The position numbers and the translations under genes were made by a program. A stretch of 64,000 nucleotides of DNA from Utricularia gibba (taxonomy: Eukaryota > Plantae > Magnoliophyta): positions 310,001 through 374,000 of the forward strand of contig NEEC01000021.1 of assembly GCA_002189035.1 (NCBI GenBank), read 5' to 3'. Under the pieces are notes generated by a model that was given only the letters and a program-made list of their open reading frames with translations, did not search any database and was not told the DNA's origin. This document shows, in pieces, positions 1-13,199 of the stretch (position 1 is the stretch's first letter; every line of letters begins with the position of its first letter).

Positions 1-499
1 TATTAGAGTCTATAAAATAACGAAATTACTCTTATTAAAATATCAAAATTTATCTATGGTTTGTGGATTTCCGTTATCAACAAATTGCTACATTTCTAGG
101 TTTTGGAAGAGAGTTAAGATTGGTTAATTGAATGATAGAGAAATCTGGGCAATCGAAAAGGGGTGATTCAAGACGATCATGATGAGTGGTAAAAGGGAAA
201 AATCACATACTTGCATTGAAATGTGTTCATAAGGACTAAAACTGGAGAAGGGGTTACAACTTCTGAAGAAGGAGACTGATGTGTCTAAATAAAAGTGTCA
301 AACTTACCCGATAACCTAAGTCATCCAAACTCGAACATGGTATGGTTCACTCAGTCAAAGAAATTATGGAAATCGATTACAACTTGTGAAGAAGGAAATT
401 ATCCTAACATATGGAAAGAATATGCGTACGCGCACGGAAGCTCATCCGCCCGAGAATCACTAATACATGGATGAAAAGATGCTGCTTTTTAGTACAATG

Positions 500-3420
500 G
501 TTTAGCTTAGAGGCCCTAGGCAGCCAAGCTTTTGTGATAGTTCAATATGGAAAATTTTCTAAACTTCCATTTTCCCATTCTGATTTTAAATGAAAAACAA
601 CATTTGAAAAGGTTTATTGTGATTTATGGGACCAGCACCCATTGGTTCTCGTAATAGCTTCCAATATTATGCTTGCTTTATGGATGATTTTTCTCGATTT
701 ATATGGTTCTATCCTCGTTGAAAAAAAATGATTTTGTACAAATATTTTTTCAATTTGAAGCATATATTGCTCGCCATTTCAACTCTTAAATTAAAATTCT
801 TCAAACGTGGAGAGTTTGTTAATAACTGTTTAAAAACTCAATTCCTCAAGACAGGTATGATGCATTATTTTTCTCGCCCACATACTCATGAATAGATGGG
901 AATGGTTGAGTGATGCCATCGAATTATTCACAAACATGGAATGACCATTGTTGCATGTTGTTTCTTTAATAAATTTTAACTTAGAAAAACGTAAAACATA
1001 AATAAGCATAGTACAAATGTCAATCTTAGGGAGTTAAGTTTTGCGAAAAGTATTTTACACTAAACCTTTACAAATTGTCATGAGTTTGTAAAAGAAGGTT
1101 TTTGAAATACAAAAATAAAAGATACAATAAAGTATTTGAATACCGTTTTCTCATTTCGTCAATCCTCTCCTTGGCTTTTACTGATTCCTTACGAATAACT
1201 GGTTACAGAAATGGGAATAGCCTCATGTGATTCTTCCTTGGACAATTGAGAGTACAAGAGGATTGCCGCTGATTGACCTCAAAACCGAATTCTGAGCATG
1301 TACCCAACTGTTGTCAATGACTAATGTCAAGTATGAGGTCACTACTCATCCACTGTTGCAATACCTTGATCACAAACAATTCAATATCTTCTTTGAACCA
1401 ATAGGATTGGAGATGGTGCTCTTCACCTTGCTCTACATCAAAATCCGTGAAGAGTGGCTTGTTACTCATGCATTGTGACTAAGGGATATTATAGAAAGAC
1501 TACAACATGACACATGAAGATATGCAAAATTCATAAGAAATTCAGTTAAGGACTGAGATTCATGCTCCATACGTGGAAGGAAACTTCATCTGTTTCCAAA
1601 AACTTAAAAGGTTTAGCCAAGAATATCCATGAAAACAGAAAATTAAAAGCAGAAAAGTCAAGTGTTCTTCCTCCCTTTGGTTGAGAGGAAGAACAAGTTC
1701 AAGTACAAAAATAAAGTGAAAAAAGGTTCCATTCAAATTTTTCCAAATTTCTTTTAATTCACTCCCTATGTATATTAACTTCTCTACTGCCTTTCCATCT
1801 TTTTTTGTGTCTTGCATGCGCAGCCACTTTCCTATGCATGCAAGTAAGCGCTCAATTATTGCTGTAGATTCTGACATGTCATAACTCAAGGGCCTTGACT
1901 AGTATTAGTTTTCTATCCACAATTGATCTACTTCGCATACGAGTCACAAAACATTAGTATCTAGTCTCCTGCAATACTTTACGACTGCCTCCTGCCACAT
2001 TTTGGTCAAAGTGCACGAAAAAAATAACAAAACTATGTACAAAATACAAAAATAGGATTTTTTTTAATAAAATAAAATACTTATCAATATACTCATAATT
2101 TAGATGACTTAATACCTAATTAATACGTAATAACACATAATAAATACTTAGAAAATGACACTTAATAATCATGTTGTTCCATAATGGGCTACCCCTTTCC
2201 TTATGGGTTGAAGCCTTTGCTACTACAACCTTTCTACAAAATTGTTTGTCATCACCAAATACAAACAGGAAGTCTCCTTATTATGTTATGTTTGGTTCAC
2301 AACCTTGTTACTCAACTCTTAGAGGATTTGGTTCAAAGTGTTTTTCATATTTGTGAGATACAAAACATAATAAGTTTTCACCAAAAACTACTTTGGTGGA
2401 GACCCAAGGGACATGCTGTCTCCACAAATTCTTGAACCGTCGATTAAACCCATGCCAATGGATGTTCACCCTATCACACTTGGCGATGTTCTAATAGAAT
2501 CAGTCTTGAATGATGGTGTTACTATGGCAGTTTTGTAGAACACCTTGGCGACATCAATCGATGTCCAACTACCAGCAAGCCCTTGTGTTGACACAGTTAT
2601 AAGTGACCCTTACATCCACAACAGATACCTCTATCCATGTTTCTCGAGAAGGTATCGTGAACTTGGAACTCATCCCACCCATCATTGCTACTGCTAGAAT
2701 GGTAGCCGTCAATTCACAGCATCATACATTAGATGTGGAGGATGCTCAAGCACTACCAACTGGAGTTGTTTCCACTTCTCCACTACTTCCTCTCTCTAAT
2801 GATGACATCATGCTCATTAATACATCTTTTGAACCCTAGTTCAATTGATTGTGACTCCTCACATATCGATCCTACTCTTCCTCACTCATGTGTCTCTTGC
2901 CCTGTGCAGCATATCCATGGTACGGCCACTCGATTGAAGCATGGAATAGTGAAATCAAATCCCAAATATGCCCTTCAAGTGGCACAATATCATGCTATAC
3001 CTGTAGAACCCCGGGCTTGAAATAAGCAATGTGTGAAGAGCTGGATGCACTTAGCTACAACAACACTTGGATGCTTGTACCACGCAAGGAAACAAAGCAC
3101 ATCATTGGCTGTAAATGAGTGTTCAAAACCAAGCTTAAACTTGATGGATCCCTTGATCGACTCAAAGCCCGATTATTAGCAAAGGGGTATGATTAGGTGG
3201 ATGGAATTGATTACACATAAACCTTCTCTCCTGTAATTCATCGAGGTACTATCCGCCTTATCCTTTCCATTGCCCTTACTAACAATTGAGATATTCGACA
3301 GCTTGATATGAAAAATGTGTTCTTTCATGGTGAAATCATTGAGGATATTTACATGGAACAACCCTCAAGAATGTGAAGTGAGACACTTCCTTCACATGTG
3401 TGCAAGTTGAATCGAGCTTA
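500..3420 (+). mobile_element. Degenerate Ty1/Copia pol relic (integrase, linker, RT N-terminus), interrupted by solo LTR 949-2167
   Basis: Reads GKFSKLPF..FEKVYCDLWG..MDDFSRFIWFYP (integrase, ~550-950). Continues MLFHNGLPLSLWVEAFATTTFLQNCL..FGSKCFSYL at 2171. Linker TRLKHGIVKSNPKYAL, then RT EELDALSYNNTW..DGSLDRLKARLLAKG..TFSPV..QLDMKNVFFHG (3020-3420). Many stops and frameshifts. Confidence 0.9.
949..2167 (-). mobile_element. Solo LTR (family A) with 5-bp TSD
   Basis: Starts TGTTG and ends TTAATA (the cognate copy at 20399-21645 ends TTAACA). Flanks ACCAT (944-948) and ATCAT (2168-2172), one mismatch. Removing it restores integrase GGA ATG ACC ATG TTG TTC CAT (GMTMLFH). Orientation taken from the PPT next to the second copy. 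Confidence 0.85.
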
Positions 3421-3576
3421 GGTTGTCATGTGTCAGTGTGATGAGAATCAGTATTAATTGAACTAGGGCTAGGTGGACCATGCTTGGTCACCATAAATGA
3501 GGATGAGCCACCTTCAACGGGAAACTCAGCCAAATTGTTCCCTCGTTCACAAGAAAGTACAAGACGGTATACATCT

Positions 3577-3940
3577 TCAAGTGATATGTGTGAAGTGATT
3601 CTTCAAATATTTATATATGTATCCAAACCAAATAGAAATTGTTGAAGTCGATCTGAAATCCTCTCTCAATCTGAGTTGAATTCCAAGATCCCTTGTAATA
3701 GAAGGTAAAGAATGTAAGGAATCCAATTGATTCCAAATCTGTTTCAATGTGGCGTAGATGATAGTGTTCCCTCCTTGAGTCAGGGTTTGTAGCTCGCCTC
3801 TCAAATGAAAAAATGGGTTTGACATAGCCCTAAAATGTTGATCGATCTCCTCCCAGAGATTTCTCATGCTCTCATTGAAAATGAACCTTGGAAGGGTCAT
3901 TCTCCATTGAATTCAAGAGAAAAGCCATAACCTAATAATC
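3577..3940 (-). mobile_element. Copia gag fragment
   Basis: VMAFLLNSME..LWEEIDQHF..FFHLRGELQTLTQGG..TLKQIWNQLDSL resembles Copia gag (retrotran_gag/UBN2 region). Confidence 0.7.
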
Positions 3941-4455
3941 CTATAATAACACACAAAATGAAAGAGGAGAAGATTTTTTGGAGGATAGAGAATCGCAAGG
4001 AGATAGAGCTGGAAGTGACAAAGAACACACACGAACAAGCTCCAAGAACACCGAACCAGAAAGAAGAAGGAGGAGATCTACGGGAAGAAGACTCCCATCC
4101 TCAAGAACACCATCACAACCCAATTTAGTGCTATTGTTCCGAGCTATGAACAGTAGTAAACGGGAATCAAAACTATTTCTACTTTACTTTCGTTTTCTAA
4201 ATGTTTTTAGTTTCTATAACCAATTGTCTCACAATGCTTCTGATATTTTCGCCATTTTATGTTAATGACATCATCTTTATTTTTGACATATGAGTAGTCA
4301 GACTTTAGCAATGCTTTAAGGTGTGGATAGGTGATGTGGATTAGGGTTCATAAGATAGTTGAGCATTGTATTTTAGCTTTCATTTTTATCATTCCTCGAG
4401 TAGACCTAAGAGAGGAAATAAATGGCTTCACAACTCAAATTCTTGATTTAGAGGT

Positions 4456-5643
4456 TGATGGTGATTCTGCAAGTGAACAGAAACCGTTGAAGTAATAAAA
4501 TAATATCGTATCCACAGAGAATTGTTATTGGAATTTTCTTTTCAAAACAAAGATTTAAAAGACTGAAAATAAAAGAAAGTTTGGGTTTTAAAAATAATAA
4601 GAAAAGTGGCCTTGGATCTAAGATCCACCTTACTTGAAACTCGCCCTTGAGTGTGTGCAAATCTTGAAGACTGACTTGCTTGCACAAGCTTTGAGGGTGT
4701 TATGCTAAAATAGTGCTACTCGGTGACCGTTATAGCACCGTCCCTTGTTTTGTGGGATTATGGAATCAACCATGCCACCAGAGACATTTCATCTCTTGTG
4801 ATAACCCATGTTTTTCCCATACCCAAATCTAACCACTACACCTCACACCTCGCAGACAGATTAGACAGAATGTGTCATACTAACGATGTCCGATTGAGCC
4901 CTTCTCCTTAGATACTTGAGGCCAACCTTTGATTCTCCCACACTCCCTTAGGGTTATATGGTACTAAAGATCACGTTGGTAAAGAAAACATTGCGAAAAA
5001 CAGAATCAAACCTCAAATTAAATGCTGAAAAACATAGTGAGACAATCACGCGCGCAGGACTTGCGCAAGTAAGGCTTCACAGTAGATCCTCAGCCGCAAG
5101 TGCTCACACGCGCATGCTTGACTCTAAGCAACAAAAGTAGATGAAAAACGAAAGGGAAGACATCCAAAACATGCTACACTTGACTCTAAACCCTAAATTG
5201 ACTCTCTGGTCGTCCTCCTTGACTCTCCCTTGATCTTCGCGTTTGGATCTTTATATAAGGGTGGGGACTTGTTGAGTTTTCTTGATGAACTCACATCAAA
5301 TCTTCTATCCGAATCTTCTAATATTTGATACAAATCTTCTAGGATAAGATCCAAATTTTCTAAGATAAGATACGAATCTTATCTTATTCGAGAATCTTTG
5401 ACTGAGTCTTCGTCTGGATAGACCGAATCTTTGCCTCCATCAAGGTCAACTCGAAAATCCTCCAAATTATTCCAAATTCGTCCTGAAAAATCACAAAACA
5501 CACTTTCCTTTGAAAAAGATCAAAGTGGTATGAAAGATATAAATTCTTTTTAAAACATAAGGAAAGTGGGATAAAAATAATACAAAACTCATCTAAGTGA
5601 GTCCTAAAAAGCACAAATATAAATGGCACAAAATCATTTATCA
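4456..5643 (-). mobile_element. Solo LTR (family D) with perfect 5-bp TSD, nested in the family C LTR
   Basis: Termini TGAT...ATCA. GAGGT on both sides (4451-4455 and 5644-5648). The uninterrupted empty site TTAGAGGTAGACCAAC is seen in the homologous LTR near 39262-39277. Confidence 0.92.
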
Positions 5644-6192
5644 GAGGTAGACCAACAAAACAAGGTGGGGATCATAGGTGTTAGTCGTAGGTAAAACCAG
5701 TAGAACCGAGTAGACCTAGTTCTACATATCACATGGGTAGACTTAAGTGTGGGATGGGTGATGACATTAGTGGCTATCTTAACCAAAAAATGACAAATAA
5801 CTTAGGTAAACTTAGATTGTTTGGGGTTTTGAGTATAAAAATATTGTACAATAAATTAGGGACTTTGGTACCACATCAACTACACACCCTTGAGGTATTT
5901 TAGTATTACTTTGTACTTTGAACTAGTATTTGTTACTTTCCACATTGAGATTTGATTTTATATATTGAACTGCCAACCACCGCTAGTTACAGCTTAGACT
6001 AAGAACAATATTTATTCCAAATTTTGCATCATCTAGAATAAATTGAAGGCACCAGTTCCTTGTGATCGATACCGAATTCTTCTTTATATTTTGGGTTTAA
6101 TTTGTATCTAGTAAGGATTAGAGCTTATAAATTCATTTGATATGAAGATTTCATCTTTTGCAACGACTTAAAGAAATTTTCGTTTATCAAAT

Positions 6193-6210
6193 TGGCACCG
6201 TTGCCGAGGA
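6193..6210 (+). other. Primer binding site (tRNA-Asp type, Athila-like)
   Basis: TGGCACCGTTGCCGAGGA 3 nt after the LTR CA end. Close to the Athila consensus TGGCGCCGTTGCCGGGGA. Confidence 0.8.
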
Positions 6211-7639
6211 GCAGTGTTGAATTGTTTTGTGTTTTTAGTTTATGCATTTGCGTTCTTTTAGTGCAAGTAATCTTTTTTCTATCTAGAAATCGAGAGAGCT
6301 ATCAATAAGAATAGGAAGAAAGTGAGGAAAGCAAGCAAGTTGAGGAAGCTCCCAACCGAGACTAACATTGATTCCAGAATGATTGAACCTGAGTGGACCT
6401 TGAATGAATTAGATGGTGTTGATCACACTTACAAGGGTCTATGCATTAGATTCAAAAATGATGGAGCAAACGAGCTTAAATTAGCAATGATCAATTTTTT
6501 GTCTAAATTCTATGAGAAAATTGGAGAGAACCCCCATGAACATCTAGACAGTGTGATAGTGGTGTGTACATGATTCAAGTGAGTTGGAATGACCGAGAAT
6601 TTAATTTGTTTGAAAGCCTTCCAATTTACTTTGGAAGGAGGTGCTAAAACTAGGTTCAACTCTCTAAGGCCTAGAATCATAACTGATTGAGCTCTAATGA
6701 AGAAGATGTTTTTGAGCAAATATTTTCCAACTTCCTAGGGCTGAAGAGATAAGGAAAGAGATTAGTGACCAATCATTGCATGAATATTGAGAAAGATTTC
6801 ATCATCTGTTGGGTTCTTGCTCACACCATGGTTTTAGACCAATGCTTTGGTGAAATATTTCTATAATGGATAGTTGTGCATAGATTGGGTTATGGTAGAT
6901 TCGATGGCGGGAGGATTTTTAAGGAAAAAGACACCAATTGAAACTTTTTCCTATCAAACACGTCCAATTTGAAGACAAAATCAGTAGAACCAGCAATAGT
7001 TTCAAGCCCCAAATCAAGGGAACACTAAAGGGAATGCTGCGAATTCTTTGGAAGAAATGCTGAAGTCATTCATGGCACAATCAATTAAAAATCAAGCTGA
7101 AAATCAATTAGCTATTTAGAATTTTGAGGTTCAAGTGAGTCAGTTAAAAGAGCTTGGAGTACTGAAACAAAAAGAAAGCTTACCATCTCAACCCAAGCAA
7201 AACCCAAATTCCAATGGAGAGCCGAACATCAATGCCATGACTTTAAGAAGTGGAAAAGAGAAGCCTGGACAAGAACTGGTCCACACTGAGATTAAGAAGA
7301 ACGAAAAAGAGGAATACAAAGTTATTGTGCAGAGTAAAGATGAAGTTGAAGTACTTCCATAACCTGTTATAGTGAAGGTAACCCAACCTCCTTTTCTAGG
7401 AAGACTAAAGTTGAGAGAAGAGCAAAAAACCAAGAAGGAGAAAATGTTTCAATATTGGGAAACACTCAATTGAATTTAATCCTCTTAGAGTACATTGACT
7501 TGGTGTCAAAGAGTGTCAAATATTTAAAGCAATTATGTGTGTCCAAACCCAAGCTGAAAGAGAAAGGCAAGGTGAAATTGAGTGAGAACTGCTCAGTGCT
7601 TCCCACATGGAAACTACCCAAAAAAAAAATTTAGTACCA

Positions 7640-8690
7640 AATGGATATGACAATATATCCATTTATATATTTTTACCAAATGGATACAACAATAAGGAAG
7701 GGAATATATGCTTATTAACAAAATTCTATATGGTTTAAAACAAGCTTCAAGAAAATGGAAATTTTAAATCACAAAGTTTTTCTCAAGCTGTTCTGGATCG
7801 TTATCTTTTTGTCCAATCTACCTCATCAACCTATATGGTGTTAATCATCAATATAGATGGCATTCTTATAATTGAGAATTCATTACTGTTATTTAGTTAT
7901 TTAAGGAAGACTTACATACCTAGATTATCATCAAGTACCTCAAAGAAGCAAGACTTTTCTTGGATATAGAGATCACTCACACAAATTTAGGGTTAATTTT
8001 ATCATGAAGCCGTTATATTTTAGATCTTCTCATGAATATTAATGGTTCTACACTTAAAGTTTGTCTGAATCCTATGCCAAATAATTTCAAATTCACAGAT
8101 GATATTCTAGTTCCATACATGATCAGAGCATATAGAGCTCTCATATGCAAGTTGTTATATATAGAATTCACACGCCTTGACCTATCTTTTGGGTTTAACA
8201 ACATTGAAGTTTACTCTGATGTCGATTGAGTTGCTTGTACCCTGATTAGCCAATCTATGATTGGTTAATTTACATTTCAAGGAGATTACCTAGTTTTATG
8301 GAAATTAAAGAAGCATGGAACAACTTCACATTCATCTACTAAAGCGGTGTATCGTGACATAACTACTACTACCATAGAACTTCTCTGGGTTTCATGCTTA
8401 CTCAAGGATCTGAAATTGATCTTCAGAAAACCGATTTTCCTTTATTGTGATAGCCAATTGGCTATTCACATCACTACCAATCCGGTCTTCCATGAACGGA
8501 CCAAGTATATTAATATTGAATGTCACAACATTCATAATCAATACAAGTAGGGTTTCTTGTCACCACATTTTGTTCCTTCAAATTGATATCTAGCTGATAT
8601 TTTTACAAAGGCTCTTTTGACTTTGTCATTCCGCTCTATGACTTTCAAGCTTGAGTTGCGTCCTCCAGCACTTACCTTGAAGAGGGAGTA
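7640..8690 (+). mobile_element. Degenerate Copia RT-RNase H 3' relic with polypurine tract
   Basis: NKILYGLKQASRKW (~7715), YSDVD, LYCDSQLAIHITTNPVFHERTKYINIECH and LADIFTKAL, then TTGAAGAGGGAGTAA-TGAAGG (PPT then probable 3' LTR start ~8691). It repeats the RT segment ending at 3420, so it is a different element. Confidence 0.85.
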
Positions 8691-8899
8691 ATGAAGGAGA
8701 TAGTGAAGTTGCTATTTCAGACTGAAGTATTATGATAAAACTTGTTTTATATTTTGTTTGATTATTTTATTTGTATTTTTTGTATGTAGTACAAAAATCC
8801 AAGATACTACACTTTTTTTATAAATGAAGTTTTTCTATTCTAGTTTTTCCAAAATCAGGATATTGGTCTCGAACACCGAAAGCTTTAATATCAGAGAAG

Positions 8900-9130
8900 T
8901 TGTAGTAACATGCATTGAATTGATAAAGTCTACCGAATAATGCTTCTAGATAGTATGGCAATCAATATCGAGATGTTTTGTACATTCATGAAAAGAACTA
9001 TTCTTTATACTACAAAGAGTTTGTTATCTATTTAAAAGGAATCCGCAATAACAATAACTATTACAAATGTCACATCAAATGTCTAATCCAAAGGAGTTCA
9101 GGAGTTTTCGACCCATTACTTTGAACTCTA
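8900..9130 (+). mobile_element. Possible LINE RT fragment
   Basis: Short peptide MSNPKEFRSFRPITL (~9078-9125) resembles the LINE RT motif PKxxNPxxxxDFRPISL. Little else is recognisable. Confidence 0.4.
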
Positions 9131-9511
9131 CTTTAGTCGAGGAACGAACAATGATTACTTTTTTTTTCATCTTTCATGAAGCTAAATTTTGTCCCAAAAA
9201 GAGTCAATAACATGTAATTGATTTTCAAGCTTAAGTACAATAGCCTCAATTTGCATCATGAATATTTTGCTACTACATACCTTTTGATTAGAAGTGGAAA
9301 CTCTATATTTTTCAGTGTGTGATGATATAGTTCTACCTTGTGCTTACATCCTTTTCAATTATCACGGTTATGTTTTGTTTTATGAATAAATTTTAAATTA
9401 AAGAAAATGTTGAACACAATGAACATAGTATAAATAACGATTATAAACTGACATATTTTTTGAAAAAGAGGTTGAAAAATATAAAAATAGGAAATAAAAC
9501 TTAAATAATAC

Positions 9512-10622
9512 TAATAACACCGCTTTTATTGTGTTTTTATATATGTTTTTAAGTGTGTTTTGTAGGGTTAAATGTTGTTTAGGGTGCTAAAATATCTTCT
9601 TTTGCTTATTTAGATTGTCAAAATGTGTTTATTGTGAAAATAGGCTCAATTGTTGCCAATTGAGCTAAAAACTCTAATATTTCGTCTAGTCTGTGTTTTA
9701 AGTCTTACTAGGATAAGAGCTAGTACTATAGCAGCGCACTTTCCGTGTTGACAAGTCAGAAGGGGCAGAAAAGCTGTGCAAAAGCCACTTTCCGCCGAAA
9801 GTAGCCGCCCTTCTGAAGAGATAAGATATCGAATAGAGATCTCCCTTCTAGAAACCTAAGGAAAAGACTAAGCTACCCTTACTTTTGAACGGCAAAAGAG
9901 AAAAGGAAGAGTACATTGTGCACGCAGAGGCACAGGGAGATGAACAGTAGGAATGGGAGTGACAAGAACTTCGTTTCTCCGGCGAACGTCTACGGCGACC
10001 TCCAGATCTGCGTGTCTACACCACCTTTTCGGCCAGAACTTCAATTTCCAGTAGATCTCCAGCCCACAGAAGCATCCTGGAACTTTTATTTGCACATTTC
10101 TGCACTTCCATTTCTGCGTGAACTTGCTATTGTTATTGTTTTCGTTTTTATGCTTTCTGCTGCATTTCGGTACTTTGCTATGAACGGGAAACTCTTTGTA
10201 GACCTTGCATTGCTTATAAACATGTTTCTGTTTAAGCTTTTCACGTTTGATTTTAAGCTTAATATGCTATTTACTGTTCCTGCGCATGCTTACTTTGTTT
10301 TTGCACACTCTCACTCTGTTTTTAAGCGTTCCAAAGTTGGGTTTAAGCCTATGAGCTCTCTTAAGTGATACAAGAGCCAAACCCTGGTGTAAAACCCAGC
10401 AAATTACTTTTATTTTATTTTTTCTGCACTTTCACATTAATTTCAGTCCCTTTTCACCCCTGCAACTCGTTCCTTTTAGTCACTCAAGAAATTACAACTA
10501 TTCCCTGTGAATTCGACCCTTGCTTGCCACACTACATTAATTCATGAGATTTGTGTAGTAGAATAGCTAGGTTTATAAATTTCTTTTGATGCGTTGAATG
10601 TGCTAGACCGCGACATTTAACA
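9512..10622 (+). mobile_element. LTR (family B), copy 1
   Basis: Collinear similarity with 42730-43858 over ~1.1 kb (e.g. GTTGACAAGTCA..GGG.CAGAAAAGCTGTGCAAAA). Starts TAATAACACC versus TGATAACACC. No clean TSD; 3' end approximate. Confidence 0.75.
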
Positions 10623-10779
10623 AATCATTCTAAACGTTCATCAAATACCTTGATTAAGGGGAAGGAGTTCTTGAGAAGAAAATGCATTCCTTCTTTGTGT
10701 CTCATTATCTCAGCTTCCAGAGTTTCTTCGGAATAGTTACTTATAGGAATAAATAATGCATACACTTCCTTAAAGTCTC

Positions 10780-11050
10780 ATAAAATGAGGAGCATTACTC
10801 CTTAAATGATTGGGAGAACAAGAGTATTAACATCGATTACCTTAAAAACCGAATTCTAAATATGTCTGATTGTTGTCAATGACCAATGACTTAAAATTTA
10901 TTACCCATCTATTAATGAAGTATCTCAATCACAAATAATTCATTATCTCCCTCTAACTAGAAGGGTAGAATATGGTGCTATTCATCTTGCTCTACGTTAA
11001 AATCTACGAGCAATGATCACCTATTTATGCCATAATTAAGAGACATTATA
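10780..11050 (-). repeat. Diverged internal fragment of LTR family A
   Basis: Aligns with 1230-1500 and 20750-20980 (AAAACCGAATT, TTGTCAATGAC, ATGGTGCT.TTCA.CTTGCTCTAC). Confidence 0.65.
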
Positions 11051-11289
11051 AAAAGATTTTAATATTTTGAGTCCAATGGAACATTCAGGTGTGTCATGTT
11101 CTATTACATTTATTATAATATCTTCTTGAGTTCTCTTTCTCAATTAATTCATTGTTTTGTCTCTATTGAATTTTTTAGTGGAAGTTAAGATTTCCTTTGA
11201 GGGCTAGTGCTATTTCAATATTGTCAATTGTATTGGTGGTTTGCTCCTCTGCTTTGAGTAGTAATTAATACACCTTATTCAAAATAGTT

Positions 11290-11960
11290 GATGCTTCTAT
11301 CATAAGTATCTAACTTTTTATAACTTGATAAGTTTCATTAAAACCATAAAGGAATTGACCAAGTTGTAATTATGTCTTGCATTAGAACATTCTAGCAACA
11401 TGAATTGATCAAATATAAACTAAAAAAACAATCCCTGGTATCAAAAAAAATATTTGCTTGAGTGAAATATTCAGATAATAATTTCGCTTCCTACAAAAGG
11501 TTAAACATCTTACTTTGCAAGTCTCAAATCAACAAAAGATGAATTTGATTGTAGCATTTTTCCAAGAATTCCCAAATCATATGAGCACTAGACATGTTTT
11601 TAAAACAAATAACAAGATCATTTGAAATTGAATTATAAGATCAAAACCTCACAAGAGTGTTACCATAATACCATTTCTTAGGATCATTGATCTTTTTTGA
11701 TTGAAGGGCCAATTTCTTAGTCAAGTCTTATTATGTGTAGTAAGTGCCACCATAATATCATTCTTTCAATCAACAAAGTTTTTGATTGTAAATGATTTTG
11801 AAACCAAAGACATGGTGGAGTTGTATGAACTCAAAATCTATTGTGAATCTACATTCTATAAACTTGATACTTTTTCACTCTCAGCAATTTTGAAATCAAG
11901 ATTAACAATCTTTGGACATCTGCGTGGAGTAGAAAACAAGACATTAAAAGACCAAAAATT
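11290..11960 (-). mobile_element. Decayed Copia gag N-terminus, copy 1
   Basis: Aligns with 13455-14010. Minus-strand translation resembles the Copia gag N-terminal region. Confidence 0.6.
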
Positions 11961-13199
11961 TTTTGAACTTGATCCAGAATTTTTATTCAAACTCTTTTCC
12001 TATGATTCATTATACTTTTTTTCCCATTGAGAACTAATTGTGGTATTTTTGAATATTTTCCTATACCATCACCTTTTAGATGTAATAAATGAGTTCTTAC
12101 TTTAGAATAAGATCATGTAAATTTTTTTTTATCATAAAAACAATATATGATCTCTTTGTTTCCATCACCCTTGTTTCCTTTTTTTTTTTTTTACTTTTAC
12201 AATATGCCAATAAAAGAAATTTTTTATTCTCTCTACTTTCTTCTTCTTTAAGTTCTGCCATGATTATGTAAAAAAAATGTAAATTTTAAGTAAAATCTAT
12301 TATTTTATTCAATAATTGCAGCATTGTTAATGTATTCAAACTCATAAATTGTAATTTATGAAACCTTTATTCTTTTGTTCAATATTCAACATACATCTTT
12401 TATTTAGTCTAAATAGATTACAATAATCATAAGTTGTACGCAATAAATGAAAAGTTTATTAACGCTTTATTTAACCTCACAAATTCTAAAAATAAATATC
12501 GACTATCAGATATATATACACATAAAATTCCTCAATTCAACATAAATTCTAAAGTTTTACATTAATTAGTAAATAAAGTAGATAACCTCATGAAAAACCC
12601 ATAAATCTCGAAAAAATTCATACATTTGTCAGAGTGAATTCATTAAAAGCAGAAAATAGAGTGAAAGATTATCTATTTTCTTGATGATGTTTCACACTCA
12701 CCTAGGTTTTTGTTTTGATCAAAATTCCTGGATTTTGGATGGCTGCATTACTAAGCCAAAGAAGATTTGGGAAAAGAAGAAGAATATGGCTCACGAAAAT
12801 AAAGCTAAGGATCTAGAAAGAAACTAGAATGATATAGGGAAAGAAATAAAATGATATAAGAAGAAAAGAATGATGAGTTTAATTTTTTATTGTTTTCAAT
12901 GTATCTCGAACCCAAACGAACCAGAATTTGATTTTAGAATTGTTCTCATGTTAAGTTGAAAATAATGAATATAGGTAACATAGATCTTAATATTCTTTTT
13001 TGTATATTTAACTATTGTCATACATCATTTATTGTTTACGTAGAATTTTCATACACAAATAAAAGAAAATATAGTTAAGAAAAAAGCCACAAATGCCAAA
13101 TAATGACGTTTTTTAATAAAAAATTTATAATAGTCAAATTAATTTTTAATTAAATGATTTAATCCTAATTTAAAACTAAAAATATACTATAAAATATAT

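Larger units (their letters stand above)
4085..7625 (+). mobile_element. Truncated Athila-like Gypsy element: 5' LTR (family C, split by solo LTR), PBS and decayed gag
   Basis: LTR segments ~4085-4455 and 5644-6189 align collinearly with 38900-39828. LTR ends TTATCA at 6189, followed by the PBS. Gag remnants: ELKLAMINFLSKF..ENPHEHL..LKAFQFTLEGGAK..FLSKYFP; LPSQPKQNP..INAMTLRSGK; VKLSENCS..KLPKK. 5' LTR boundary not resolved. Confidence 0.85.

Noticed and set aside
1560-1889. 109-aa minus ORF, and 21128-21343 on +
   Set aside because: Inside LTR family A copies and not conserved between them.
9916-10368. 150-aa ORF with hydrophobic stretches
   Set aside because: Lies inside LTR family B, and the homologous region at 43100-43560 does not keep the frame.
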